Source: Octopus vulgaris (taxonomy: Eukaryota). From it: 64,000 nt of DNA. The stretch spans positions 42,346,001-42,410,000 of the forward strand of contig OX597826.1 in NCBI GenBank assembly GCA_951406725.2, written 5' to 3'. The translations under genes and the position numbers were made by a program. The notes beneath the pieces were generated by a model, which saw only the letters and a list, made by a program, of their open reading frames with translations, searched no databases and was not told the DNA's origin. Shown one piece after another: positions 1 to 11,666 of the stretch (positions are counted from its first letter, which is position 1; the number at the start of each line of letters is the position of its first letter).

Positions 1-655
1 TTAGATGATATAATATATGTAAATACAAATTCAAAGCTATCATCTAGTTAAGGGGATCTGTTTTCTTTTTACCTATTCAAAGTAATCCTACTTATATTTT
101 AAGTGCTGTAATGTAATATGGCTGTTAGGCAATAAACGTCTCTACCAGAGAATAATGTCTAAACTTTATTGTACATGAAGTTTTATTGCAATTTTAAAAG
201 GGAATGTATTATATTCCTGTGAATGCAATTAACATGGCTTTTAGCTCATACAAATTTTGAGTGTGCTTTCGTATTCATTGAATGAAGTACTTCACTTTAG
301 TGCTGTGGAGTATTTAGTATTAACACTTTATATTGTGAGTTGAAATCCTAATTGAGCCAACACTGCGTTTCATCCTGTGACGAGAGAAATGCAATAATAT
401 AACTGTCAATCGTATAGCATAGTTGATTAAATTGATTATATCTCTTCTCTTCAATTTGTTGTCTTGAATTAAATAAAATATCCTTATGCGTATACACTTC
501 AAATGCTAAATCTTTATATTTATCACTACCTAAATATTATACAAGTTTGATTACTTTTGGTGTGTACAATAAATTGAACTCAATGATTCACTCGTTATTC
601 TGCATTATGTTACTTTCTACATCTAATTTCATATATGTTGTATATGTATTCAAAA

Positions 656-790
656 GTGGAGGCGCGTGGCTTAGTGGTTAGGTTGTCAGCATCCTGATTG
701 TAAGATTGTGGTTTCGATTCCTGGACCGGATGTCGCGTTGTGTTCTTGAGCAAAACACTTCATTTCACGTTGCTCCAGTCCACTCAGCTA
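656..790 (+). mobile_element. tRNA-derived SINE (group C), 5' head, 3'-truncated
   Basis: A box TGGCTTAGTGG and B box GGTTTCGATTCC, followed by TTCTTGAGCAAAACACTTCATTTCACGTTGCTCCAGT, which is shared with about 7 other copies in the window. Confidence 0.85.
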
Positions 791-973
791 TGTATTCAAA
801 TCTATCAAAATATATACGCATATTTACACATAGGCGTACGTTATTACACACAGGTTACACACATCTAAAGATTTTCAAGGAATAGTAATTTTAGTTTATG
901 CTAAATCTGTGCACTTACAACATGTTTAATACGTTCCGTGCAAAAGCTACAAATATACATAATAATCATTATT

Positions 974-1211
974 TATTTCTTTACTGCTCACAAGGGGCTA
1001 AACATAGAGGGGACAAACAAGGACAGACAAACGGATTAAGTCGATTACATCGACCCCAGTGTGAAACTGGTACTTTATTTAATCGACCCCGAAAGGATGA
1101 AAGGCAAAGTCGACCTCGGGGGAATTTGAACTCAGAACGTAAATACTGCTCAGACGAAATACTGCTAAGCATTTCGCCCGGCGTGCTAACGTTTCTGCCA
1201 GCTCGCCGCCT
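974..1211 (-). mobile_element. SINE group A (head AGGCGGCGAGCTGGCAGAAACGTTAGCACGCCGGGCGAAATG), full length with TSD
   Basis: The direct repeat TATACATAATAATCATTATT flanks it at 954-973 and 1212-1231. The body matches more than 10 other copies in the window. Confidence 0.9.
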
Positions 1212-1624
1212 TATACATAATAATCATTATTATTATTTCCATTCACAGAATGAGGATGCGCCATCACACCAGACATGAGGATGCCTCATCACAGACATGA
1301 GGATGCCTCATCATACCTCTGTGTTCTTGGATTTTTATCTATAATTTCAAATTATTTCTGTTTTGTTCTGTCTAATCACAACGTGTAACATCGATAGTTA
1401 ATTGAAGTTACGTTTGTAGCATGAAACAACAAGTCACTGCACTAAGTTTATCATTTTCCTGTGTATTCTTATCACTGTTTTAAAAAAAAATAGTCCAAGC
1501 TCGGGCTACAACAATGATAAAGAAATCACTCATAAATGTTAGCGAATCATCAGAATTTACGAATATTAAGACATTAGTTAAGTATTATGAGATAAAGAAG
1601 ATAGCAGAATGAACTTTCAAATAC

Positions 1625-1722
<98 letters not shown>

Positions 1723-1779
1723 TGTAGTAGTAGTAGTAGTAATAAAAATAGTAGTAGTAGTAGTAGTAGTAGCAGCAGC

Positions 1780-1834
<55 letters not shown>

Positions 1835-1866
1835 ATAATGATAATAATAATAATAATAATAATAAT
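1625..1866. repeat. compound (AAT)n/(AGT)n microsatellite
   Basis: Directly visible. Confidence 0.98.
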
Positions 1867-2083
1867 AAACAGAGCGACTCCAAATCGGGTCAAATGGTTG
1901 AGAAAATATATCTTATAAAGTGGAACGAATTCAACAGCTTCAAATGCTTAAGTGTTACTCACAAAAAAAGTATATATACGTGTAATGTATCTATAATTTT
2001 ATGAGCAGTACTAATATTTTGAACGTTGTAACATTTGGTGTTGAAGCATAATGAACATTATTACAATTCATTTTTACTTAAAC

Positions 2084-2134
<51 letters not shown>

Positions 2135-2275
2135 TCACACACACGCGCGCGCGCGCACCAAAAAAAAGGGGGAAAAGAAGACACCTTATCAGTGTAAGAA
2201 GTTATCTCTTTCGATGCTCTTATTTGTAAATATCCAGTAAATGCACATACGCGCGTCATCCTCTCTCTCTCTCTT

Positions 2276-2307
<32 letters not shown>

Positions 2308-2370
2308 CCTCTCTCTCTCTCTCACTCACACACACACACACACACACACATACACACATACACACACACA
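2084..2370. repeat. (CT)n/(CA)n microsatellites
   Basis: Directly visible. Confidence 0.95.
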
Positions 2371-2413
2371 AACATTCATTCAACATTTTATTTATTTTTA
2401 TTCCGCGCTATAC

Positions 2414-2573
2414 AGGAGTGGCTGTGTGGTAAGTAGCTTGTTTACCAACCACATGGTTCCGGGTTCAGTCCCACTGCGTGGAACCTTGGGCAAGTGTCTT
2501 CTACTATAGCCTCGGGCCGACCAATGCCTTGTGAGTGGATTTGGTAGACGGAAACTGAAAGAAGCCTGTCGTA

Positions 2574-2626
<53 letters not shown>

Positions 2627-2827
2627 TTGTGTGTCTGTGTTTGTCCCCCTAGCATTGCTTGACAACCGATGCCGGTGTGTTTATGTCCCCGTTACTTAGC
2701 GGTTCGGCAAAAGAGACCGATAGAATAAGTACTAGGCTAACAAAGAATAAGTCCCGGGGTCGAGTTGCTCGATTAAAGGCGGTGCTCCAGCATGGCCGCA
2801 GTCAAATGACTGAAACAAGTAAAAGAG
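2414..2827 (+). mobile_element. SINE group B (head GGAGTGGCTGTGTGGTAAGTAGCTTG) with internal (TA)n(TG)n
   Basis: Near-identical to 44301-44730. It has A/B-box-like motifs TGGCTGTGTGG and GGTTCAGTCC and ends GAAACAAGTAAAAGAG. Confidence 0.9.
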
Positions 2828-3858
2828 TGTACGGCGCGTCTGTTTGAAGTTAGACGGTTCCAGTAGTATATCAGTTTTTTCTATGAGAAAGTTTGCTGGC
2901 CTCTTGTTCAACCCTTTTTCATTTCTGGTGACACGAACCCAATGGAGTGGTTCCGCTGCGATGCTTCTCATAAAGAATTTAATTTAGAAAGAGAAACAGA
3001 CAGAGGGAGAGAGAGGGAACGCCTCCACTATTTCTCTAGTGTTTATATTATTTATATATATATTTATTTTGATTCCGAGAGGATGGAAAACAAATATGAC
3101 CTCGGAAGGATTTGAACTCAGAACGCAGACAGTTGGAACGAATACTGCAAGATCTTCTTATCCGACAACATTCTGTCTGTCAGCATGTTCAGATGGCCAG
3201 AATTTTACACACGTAGATATTGATTTCTTTCAACTAATCAGTATTCTAGTTTTTACATTGAATTTCAGATCAGAAAGATGAGTTGATAAACGTTCATTAA
3301 ATATGCAATATTTCTACATATTACAGTGCTGAAGTTGTTTCATTTTCCCTGGGTACCTATTTATAGCTATGTGGAGTGGATTTAACAGGAATCTGGTTTA
3401 TTGTCACTGCTAACTAATAGTGTTCTAATTCTTATTAGATTTTTCTGCAAGCCAGAGATATGTGATTCGATTCCCATACATGGATTTGTTACTTTATTGA
3501 TAGTAGAAGGGAGGAAATCATTCATTGTTAAACTAAACTCCTTGTATTTAATAAGGTTCTTTTGTGTTCAAAGTTGACTGGCGTTTAATTTAACTTTCAC
3601 CTTTCACGAATCGACTATAATGTACCCAGCATCAACACAGCTTATAGTATCGTATTGTAGTTTTTCCTTACGAATATTTGGTATTGTACCATAAGTTCGA
3701 ATTCTACTGATACTGCATGTAGTGAAAGCTATCAATCCTCCAGCTATCGAATGTGTCACCCTCTCGATGAAACCAGTCACATACACTTAATTGAAGCCAC
3801 ACAAGCACACATACACATATGTGTGTATGTATCTCGTATAAAGATATATATATAAATA

Positions 3859-4106
3859 TACGGAGATGTACTTGCATAGCAAGTGACTTGATCTGAGATC
3901 GTGTACTGGAACGAAAACAATTGCTGCGTGGAAGGTGTTTATAAGTTATTTAAGAAACACACAAAACCGTTAGATTCACTTCATCATTTAAATTTAATTT
4001 GTCAAAATATTTTCGTCGCTTTGAGACAGCAACCTGTTCACTGACAAAGCTTCGTGCAGCGATTTTGTGTGTTTCTTAAACGGCTTATAAACACCTTCTA
4101 CGCTGC

Positions 4107-4110
<4 letters not shown>
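3859..4110 (-). mobile_element. Penelope-type terminal-repeat element (ORF-less) with short inverted copy; same family as 7584-7948
   Basis: Homologous to 7584-7948 and 63519-63714. The inverted segment 4063-4110 ends at the same GCTGCAAT boundary. Confidence 0.7.
3998..4048 (-). ncRNA. hammerhead ribozyme-like motif, G3:C8 variant
   Basis: Minus strand reads TTTGTCA-GTGAACA-G-GTTGCT gtctcaa AGCGAC-GAAA-ATATTT-TGACAAA, giving a 7 bp stem I, a 6 bp stem II and a palindromic stem III. Confidence 0.6.
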
Positions 4111-4169
<59 letters not shown>

Positions 4170-4200
4170 TTGTGTATGTGTGCAATACATACATACATAT

Positions 4201-4497
4201 AGCATGGTTCAGTGGTTAAGGTGTTGCACTTACAATTGCGAGATCGTGGGCTCGATTCCCAGACCGGGCATTGCATTGTGCTCTTGAGCAAGGTACTTCA
4301 TTTCACGTTTCTCTGCGTTCATTTCGTACTCTGACAAGTGGCACTCGTTGCACCTGTACAGATAATATCGATTTAATGGAGCGAGTGAACTTATGAGTAC
4401 ACAAACATTTGATCACTATAAACAAATCATCTGTGCAGTTGTTCGATAAGAAATTGTCAAACCCTCGCACGTCGTCTAACGACGGGAGAGTCCATCA
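4201..4497 (+). mobile_element. SINE group C, diverged near-full copy
   Basis: A box TGGTTCAGTGG, B box GGCTCGATTCC and the shared body. The tail is shared with 9441-9662. Confidence 0.75.
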
Positions 4498-4500
4498 TAT

Positions 4501-4586
<86 letters not shown>

Positions 4587-4587
4587 A

Positions 4588-5052
4588 AAATTAATATAAA
4601 CAGTAGATTGCAGTGTTTCACCAAAGAGGAGAATTAGAAATGTCACTAAATGCGAATAGGGTGTTAGGAAACACTTACATTGCAAGAAATAAGAGCTTCG
4701 TTGAAAACGTGTACACTAACAGGGACCATAATCGTCCGAAAAGTGCCGATCGAGAATTCCTAATACTGACGCGTCAGTTTCGGCAATTTCCGTTGCTTCA
4801 TCAGTTAAGTCAGCTCAACTTCGACTCTTTTCGGACTCGCTTCGCCATTAGTATTTATGTTTTCGTCATCTAGATATTTAGATGATTTAGCGATTCGCTA
4901 ATATGTCTATATAAAATTAATATAAATAGCAGTTTGCAATGTTTCAGCAAAAATGAGAATTACAAATGTCACTAAATGCGACTACAGCATTAGTGCGGTT
5001 TAGCTCTTATTTCTAGCAATGTAGGTATTTCCTAACACCCTAGTCGCATTTT
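4588..5052 (-). mobile_element. PLE-type partial tandem plus inverted terminal repeat
   Basis: Direct repeat 4588-4655 is similar to 4913-4981. Segment 5002-5052 is the reverse complement of 4648-4697. A hammerhead lies inside. Confidence 0.6.
4759..4809 (-). ncRNA. type I hammerhead ribozyme (C3:G8) with 14-nt palindromic stem III
   Basis: Minus strand reads CTTAA-CTGATGA-AGCAA cggaaa TTGCC-GAAAC TGACGCGTCA GTA-TTAGG. It has a GUA triplet and a single A10.1.C11.1 mismatch. Confidence 0.8.
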
Positions 5053-5439
5053 GGAACAGTGAAACTCGAAGTAGCTAAGGGTATAATTTATAGCATGTTA
5101 ATATTGGGTCAAAAACACCTTTGACTATTAAAAGTTTGAGGTTGCAAGCAGTACTCGAACAGTCATCTTCAGTAAACATCATCTACCACTAGGCCGAAGC
5201 AATCCTTTGGATTTATCTGCTCCGAGTTTAGAACAACATCCTTTGTGGCATTTCTCCGGCTCTTTACATTCTGAATTCAGATTCCCGTTCAGGAAAATGT
5301 GATCTTGGTCATTTATACTCATGGAAACCGGGTAACCGATAACCGGTCTTATGAGTCCAAGAGCTAAAGGAGAATTTTTAAAATTCAAATTCTAGTCTAA
5401 GTTTGATAATAAAATATTGATCGGTGTATTAAATAATCC

Positions 5440-5630
5440 TTTCTACTGATGGCACAAATCCTGAAATTTTCTCTTGGTGGAGTGGAACTAGTCGATTGCA
5501 TAGACCCCAGTGTTTCACTGGTACTTAATTTATCAAAGTCGACCTCGGCGGAATTTGAACTCACAACATCGAGGCAAACAAATTGCCGTTAAGCCCGGCG
5601 TGCTAACGATTCAGCCATCTTGCTGTCTTG
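5440..5630 (-). mobile_element. SINE group A, diverged
   Basis: AAAGTCGACCTCGGCGGAATTTGAACTC and CCCGGCGTGCTAACG motifs. Confidence 0.75.
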
Positions 5631-6041
5631 CGACGTATTAGATAATAATTTCTAATATTGGTCTAAGATCACAAATTGTTGTAAAATCACAAGTTGGTGC
5701 AAAATTACAAATTGATCACGTAATCGATTACGTCGTCTCTAATTTATGGTTGATACATTTTTATCATCGATCCATAAAGGAGAAAAAACTTACAGAGTAA
5801 ATCTCGACGATAAGGGATATATTTAAATATGATTCTATCAATCAATCATCGCTCCCCACCTATAATAAATAGTAAATGATAGGCAAAGACATGACTATGT
5901 GTTCAAGGTGTTTGTTTCGCAACTATATGTGTCAGAGTTCGATTTTACGACGTCATACATGGAAGAGACGTCTTCTACTATAGACTCGCGGCGAGTCGTA
6001 CCTTCCGACTTTGGGTATTGTGTATATGTATATGTATATAC

Positions 6042-6095
<54 letters not shown>

Positions 6096-6475
6096 CTACC
6101 GGCACTCACACAGACAACTAAACTGAAAAGGAACTAAGAGAAAATAACTCAAAATAGTCAGTGGCCCCAATTTGGACAGTTAAGAAAATATGGAGAGGGT
6201 GCATTGAATGCTATACACACAAAAAGGTCTTAAGTTATTGGGATTTTTACTCAGGGACAGAGAAGGAAAACATCAACCAAACAAAAATTTTCAATAGCTC
6301 TGGATGAAAAGGAAGATAATTTTAATAAATTAGATATGATTTCACTGTTGAATTAAAATAGTAGAAAAAATGCAATACTAAGGAAACCGAACTGAAATCG
6401 AAATGCGACCTGAAACAAAGATCACGTTGTTTCGATAATTAAAATAGGAAAGCATTTTTAATGTTTTGAAATTAC

Positions 6476-7030
6476 GAGGCGGTGAACTGGAAGAATCGTT
6501 ACTGCGTTATACAAAATGGTTAGCGACTTTTTTTCCGTTCTGAGTTCGAATGCCAGGGTCGACTTTGCCTTTCATCCTTTCGGGATCGATAAGATAAGTA
6601 CTAGTTGAACACTGGGGTTGATGTAATCGAGTTACTTCCGCCTACAAAATTGCTGGCGTTGAGCCAAAATTTGAAACCAATGTTTTGAAGTTATCTCCCC
6701 TTCCCATTCAGAATTTCTCACAGATATCGCCAGTATTTTTCCTTTCTGTTCTGAATCCACGAAGGAAATTTTAATGAATCAATATTTTTATATGTCCGTC
6801 ATTATATGCATTTCATCTAAGGTAGAATCTAAGCTGGCAGAATCTTTAGCACATCGGACGACATGCTTAGTGGCATTTCTTCCAGTTCTTTACGTTCTGA
6901 GCTCAAATTCTACCGATGTTGACTGACCTTTGTGGGCACTAAATTATATACCAGATGAGCACTAAGGTCGGTGTAATCCACTTACCTTCTCCCCATAAAG
7001 TTGCTTAACTTATGTGAAAATTTGAAACTG
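6476..7030 (+). mobile_element. two diverged SINE group A copies (about 6476-6680 and 6820-7030)
   Basis: AGGCGGTGAACTGG / AGCTGGCAGAATC heads and TTCTGAG(T/C)TC..GTCGACTTTGCC bodies. Confidence 0.7.
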
Positions 7031-7110
7031 CTTTATACATCCCATGTGACAACATACATACATACATACATACATACGTACATAAATGCATACATACATA
7101 CATACATACA

Positions 7111-7141
<31 letters not shown>

Positions 7142-7583
7142 GTACATACATATATATGTAGGTCGACATACATATATATGTATGTCGGCATATATTGAAT
7201 ATATAGATATATGTTTATATTTTCTTTCTTCATGTAACGTAAACTTGTGGTTCGATGAATGGAGATTAATAAAACAATATACCACGTTGAAATAGTACAG
7301 GTTTGGATAAAATCTACTCCAACCTTTGAAAGCGTGATCTCAACAGGGTCATACTTCTGTCACGAAAACCAGTAAAAGAGTATTAAAGTACTGTCTTCCC
7401 CAATATTATACACTGCTGTTTGGTTAATTCTACATTAATGAAATATAAAGCAAGTTGCCACAGTAATTTTGATTATGGAATGCATAATGCTAACTATTAT
7501 GATATACACTTTCTCAAGGCGTGCACGCCATAATCATTTGAAAGCCATAATAGTTTTAATTTATACATAATCGTTTATAGAAA

Positions 7584-7948
7584 TTACGGAGATGTACTCG
7601 CATAGCAAGTAATTTGATCTGAGATCGTGTGCTGAAACGAAAACAATTGCAGCGTGGAAGGTGTTTATAAGCCATTTAAGAAACACACAAAAGCCGTTCG
7701 ATTCACTTCAACATTTAAGTTTAATTTGTCAAAATATTTTCGTCGCTAAAATCCGCGACCTGTTCACTGACAAAAATCCGTGCTGCATTGATATTTACAA
7801 AATGGATGCAGCACGGATTTTTGTCAGTGAACAGGTCGCGGATTTTAGCGACGAAAATATTTTGACAAATTAAACTTAAATGTTGAAGTGAATCGAACGG
7901 CTTTTGTGTGTTTCTTAAATGGCTTATAAACACCTTCCACGCTGCAAT
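7584..7948 (-). mobile_element. young PLE-type element: terminal repeat with tail plus perfect inverted copy, with TSD
   Basis: Perfect 143-bp inverted arms at 7646-7788 and 7806-7948 with a 17-nt spacer. The direct repeat AATCGTTTATAGAAA flanks it at 7569-7583 and 7946-7960. Confidence 0.8.
7820..7869 (+). ncRNA. hammerhead ribozyme-like motif, G3:C8 variant (mirror copy at 7725-7774 on minus strand)
   Basis: TTTGTCA-GTGAACA-G-GTCGC ggatttta GCGAC-GAAA-ATATTT-TGACAAA. Confidence 0.65.
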
Positions 7949-9172
7949 CGTTTATAGAAAGTGAATAATAAATAGTGAATAGAAGTTGATGTTGTTACTG
8001 GTATTTTAACCCTCGCATTCTTCCCGTTGCGACCATGTCCTTTTAAGCCTATGTTTATGCATCTTCATTATCTCATGTGTTACTTTTATATTCAAGATGG
8101 AGCAGTCTGGTTTGAAGAAGATTCGTTTGTTATTTATATCAGGTAAACGACTTCCTAGAGGTTCCTTCGTTGATTCATGCAACAACAATTGGAAGATACA
8201 GGCCTGTTTATATATTTTTATATATCTGAACGGAAATATTGAGTATTAACAAATCATTTGGAAATAATTGTTTATCAATGCGCACATGAAACCCAAAAAA
8301 CGTTGATTGATCCAACCACGTTTTATGATGTTTTTGTTTTTTTGGAGAATTTTTGATGAATTTTAATTTTTAAAATGTTAATTGCAAAAGCTATTTTAAT
8401 ACACGATAATGTAAACATAAATAGAAGATAAATTAGTAGATAGATATCCAGAAAACGGAAAATTTCCTATGATTACCTTCTATATAAAGAATACGTAATA
8501 GGTATGTTAACTTGCATACTTAAAACCAGAAAAAAATTTTTTTACCAATTGAAGTTAAACTCGCAATGAGCAAAAGTCACCGCTGTATAAGGTAAGTCTA
8601 TCTTTTTTTTTAAAGGAAGGCAAGGTAGAAGGGTCCGAAATTTAACTTGATTAAATATCACATAGCGAGTAACGTAAGTGGGTAGTCACATCTTTGATAA
8701 TCATGCGTCTACCCAGACATGTTTCTTATTTATTAGACCTCTTAAGCGAAACGTAGTTTATCACGTACTCACGATTTCATAGAACAACGGCGAAGAGTTG
8801 CTTTGTTTTGTTTTTGTTTTTTGTGCTAAACTTCCCTGTAGATAAATCCACAAATTTTTGCCAACACTGCATATGTAATCTAATAAAAAAAAATTAATTA
8901 GACGCATTGAACAGTTTTAAACTGTTGTAATGTTTATACAGTTCCACTGTGACAGAGACGAGGTCGATTACAGATACGCTCAAATATATAACTACGTTCT
9001 CATCAGCAATAGCTTACTCTCGCATCAACTTCATTTAGAAGGAAAAATCAAACACGGCTAAACTAAACATCAGTAATGTGTGTGTGGGGGGGTGACTGTA
9101 TTACACACACGCACAAAACACACACATACATACATACATATATATTTTATATATATGTATGTGTGTGTATAC

Positions 9173-9234
<62 letters not shown>

Positions 9235-9242
9235 TATATACC

Positions 9243-9325
<83 letters not shown>

Positions 9326-9440
9326 ATGTATGTATGTATGTATGTATGTATGTTTGTATGTATGTATGTATGTATGTGTACACACACACACATACAATAG
9401 GGTGCGGAAGATATTATACATAGTAGGTTCAGCAACATTT

Positions 9441-9662
9441 TTCTGAACAAGCACACTGATGGTTTGTTTATAGTGATCAAACGTTTGTGTTTAGATAAGG
9501 TCATTCTCTCCATCAAATTGACATTACCTGCACAGGTGTACAAGTATACCACACGTCAGATGTCTAGATGATCGCAGAGCAATGTGAAATGAAGTGTTTT
9601 GCTCAAGAACACAACGCGCCGATTATGAGCGCAACATCGTAACCACTAGGTCACGCGCCTTC
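9441..9662 (-). mobile_element. SINE group C with internal deletions
   Basis: GTGAAATGAAGTGTTTTGCTCAAGAACACAACGCG and TAACCACTAGGTCACGCGCCT are reverse complements of the group C head. Confidence 0.75.
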
Positions 9663-9684
9663 ACACACACACACATGTGTGTGA

Positions 9685-9732
<48 letters not shown>

Positions 9733-9767
9733 AGAGAGAGAGAGGGGGGGGTAGGTAGGTAGGTAGG

Positions 9768-9857
<90 letters not shown>

Positions 9858-10599
9858 TAGATATACATGCATGTATATATAGCAAATACTATTCACTGAT
9901 TCAATAAATGAATATTCCCATCTTTATGGCTAAAAGTCGGTGAACATCAGAGACAACCACCAATTTTCGTCACACACAGGGGTCTCGTGCTGCTAACCAT
10001 ATATTCCGGCAGGGTCCTTCCTGTCCACTCGTTCATGTCATCATTCCATTAACCAATTCAAAATAATGTCGATAGTTGTCAGCTTATTATAATGTAATTT
10101 GGTCAAAGTATCTTTAGATAGGTTTAGTTCTATGCTTCAGTGAACAAGGTGTTAGTTGTATAGAGAAATGTTAGTGTATAAACCAATATAATCAACCCAT
10201 CCGCTTATCAAATGTCTATATTTATTGATATTCGTCGATTGGATATTTGGCTGTCCTTTCGTACTCAATAATTTAATATGCCGAACTGAATATTAATCTC
10301 AATTTTCGTAAATTGCTAGTAGTAAAATGACTCGTAAAGAATTTAAATAATGTTATGTGGAAGTCAGTTTGCATCATGATTATTCGTCGGCCCTACACCA
10401 CAGGACCAATCCGAGGACATTTTGATATTTACAAAATGGAAGCTTGATTATTATTCTCTAATCTATTTAGCAGTAATGAATATTTATAATGCATATTTTG
10501 ATACGCTTATATTCGTGCAGTATGGCAATATACCGTTAGTTTCCTATTTATCGATTTGTGTGCGTGTGTGTGTGTGTATGCAAGTGTCTGTGTGTGTGC

Positions 10600-10644
<45 letters not shown>

Positions 10645-10677
10645 TATAGAAGGAGCTTCTACAGGACTAGTCTACAG

Positions 10678-10713
<36 letters not shown>

Positions 10714-11550
10714 CCTGCACAAAAAATTGTAATCTCCACAGTTTGTTCGGTTCAGTTCATTTTATTTGGAGAAAAAGTTGTGAAGCCTTAGTTGAAAGTT
10801 CTACACGAGTTTATTTTTAATGAGCTAAATACTAAATATGTATGTTTAAACTAAGTACTTCTATGCAAATGTGCAAAGCGGTCTGTCGGGAATAGAACAC
10901 CTTTTGCCTTTTGTTAAAACTTTAGTGTAATCACTGTTTTCGCTTAAACAAAATAGCTCTCACGTAAACACATTTATTCATAATCGATTCGTTTTAAGTA
11001 CGAGTTAATTTGTATAATTAATTTAAGTGCATGAAATTTTAAACTACTGAACCGCTTGGTATTAAATCTATGTAAACGACTACTTAGGAGTTCTTTGGTG
11101 GATAGCATCAGTTTCGGTTAAATGCATAAGATCATTTCCGACTTTGGGTAAAACATGGTAAAAGGTGTCATAAAACTGAATAATTATATGATTTCATAAG
11201 AAAAAAGAGACTCTTGGGGAATCATCCGTTTTCATGGTGAGTTATATTATCATAGTCAATCAGGTTTCATGTTTGCAAATAAGTGGGGTAAAAAAAAAAA
11301 AGCTAAGTATTTTAAAGTTAATTTTAACCCTTTCGATGAATTAAAGATGATAAAAACTCAGGCTCTGATGTATTTGTGACTTATTTTTTAATATGTAGTG
11401 GATTTTTCAATAAGTGACGATGAAATTAGTAAAAAGTATAATAACCGAATCACACTACGAATCGACGTAATTTTGTTATTTTTATTATCGGCTACATCAA
11501 CCGAGGAATGACTCAATTGAGTTTTTCCTGAACTGCATGTAGAGTAAATG

Positions 11551-11666
11551 TACGTGGCCTAGTGGTTAGGATATTGCACTTACGATCACAAGATCAGGAT
11601 TTCGTCTCCCCGACCAGCCGGCGCGTTGTATTCTTGAGCAAAACACTTCGTTTCACGTTCCTCCAC
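11551..11666 (+). mobile_element. SINE group C head fragment
   Basis: CGTGGCCTAGTGGTTAGG ... TTCTTGAGCAAAACACTTCGTTTCACG. Confidence 0.75.

Noticed and set aside
1244-1314. CRISPR-like palindromic repeats
   Set aside because: There are no unique spacers of suitable length, no cas genes, and the context is eukaryotic.
2732-2971. 79-aa minus ORF as a further exon
   Set aside because: It needs a rare GAG acceptor and a weak donor, and it runs into a SINE.
7661-7933. Two near-identical 70-aa ORFs on opposite strands
   Set aside because: They are a by-product of the perfect palindrome and have no protein features.
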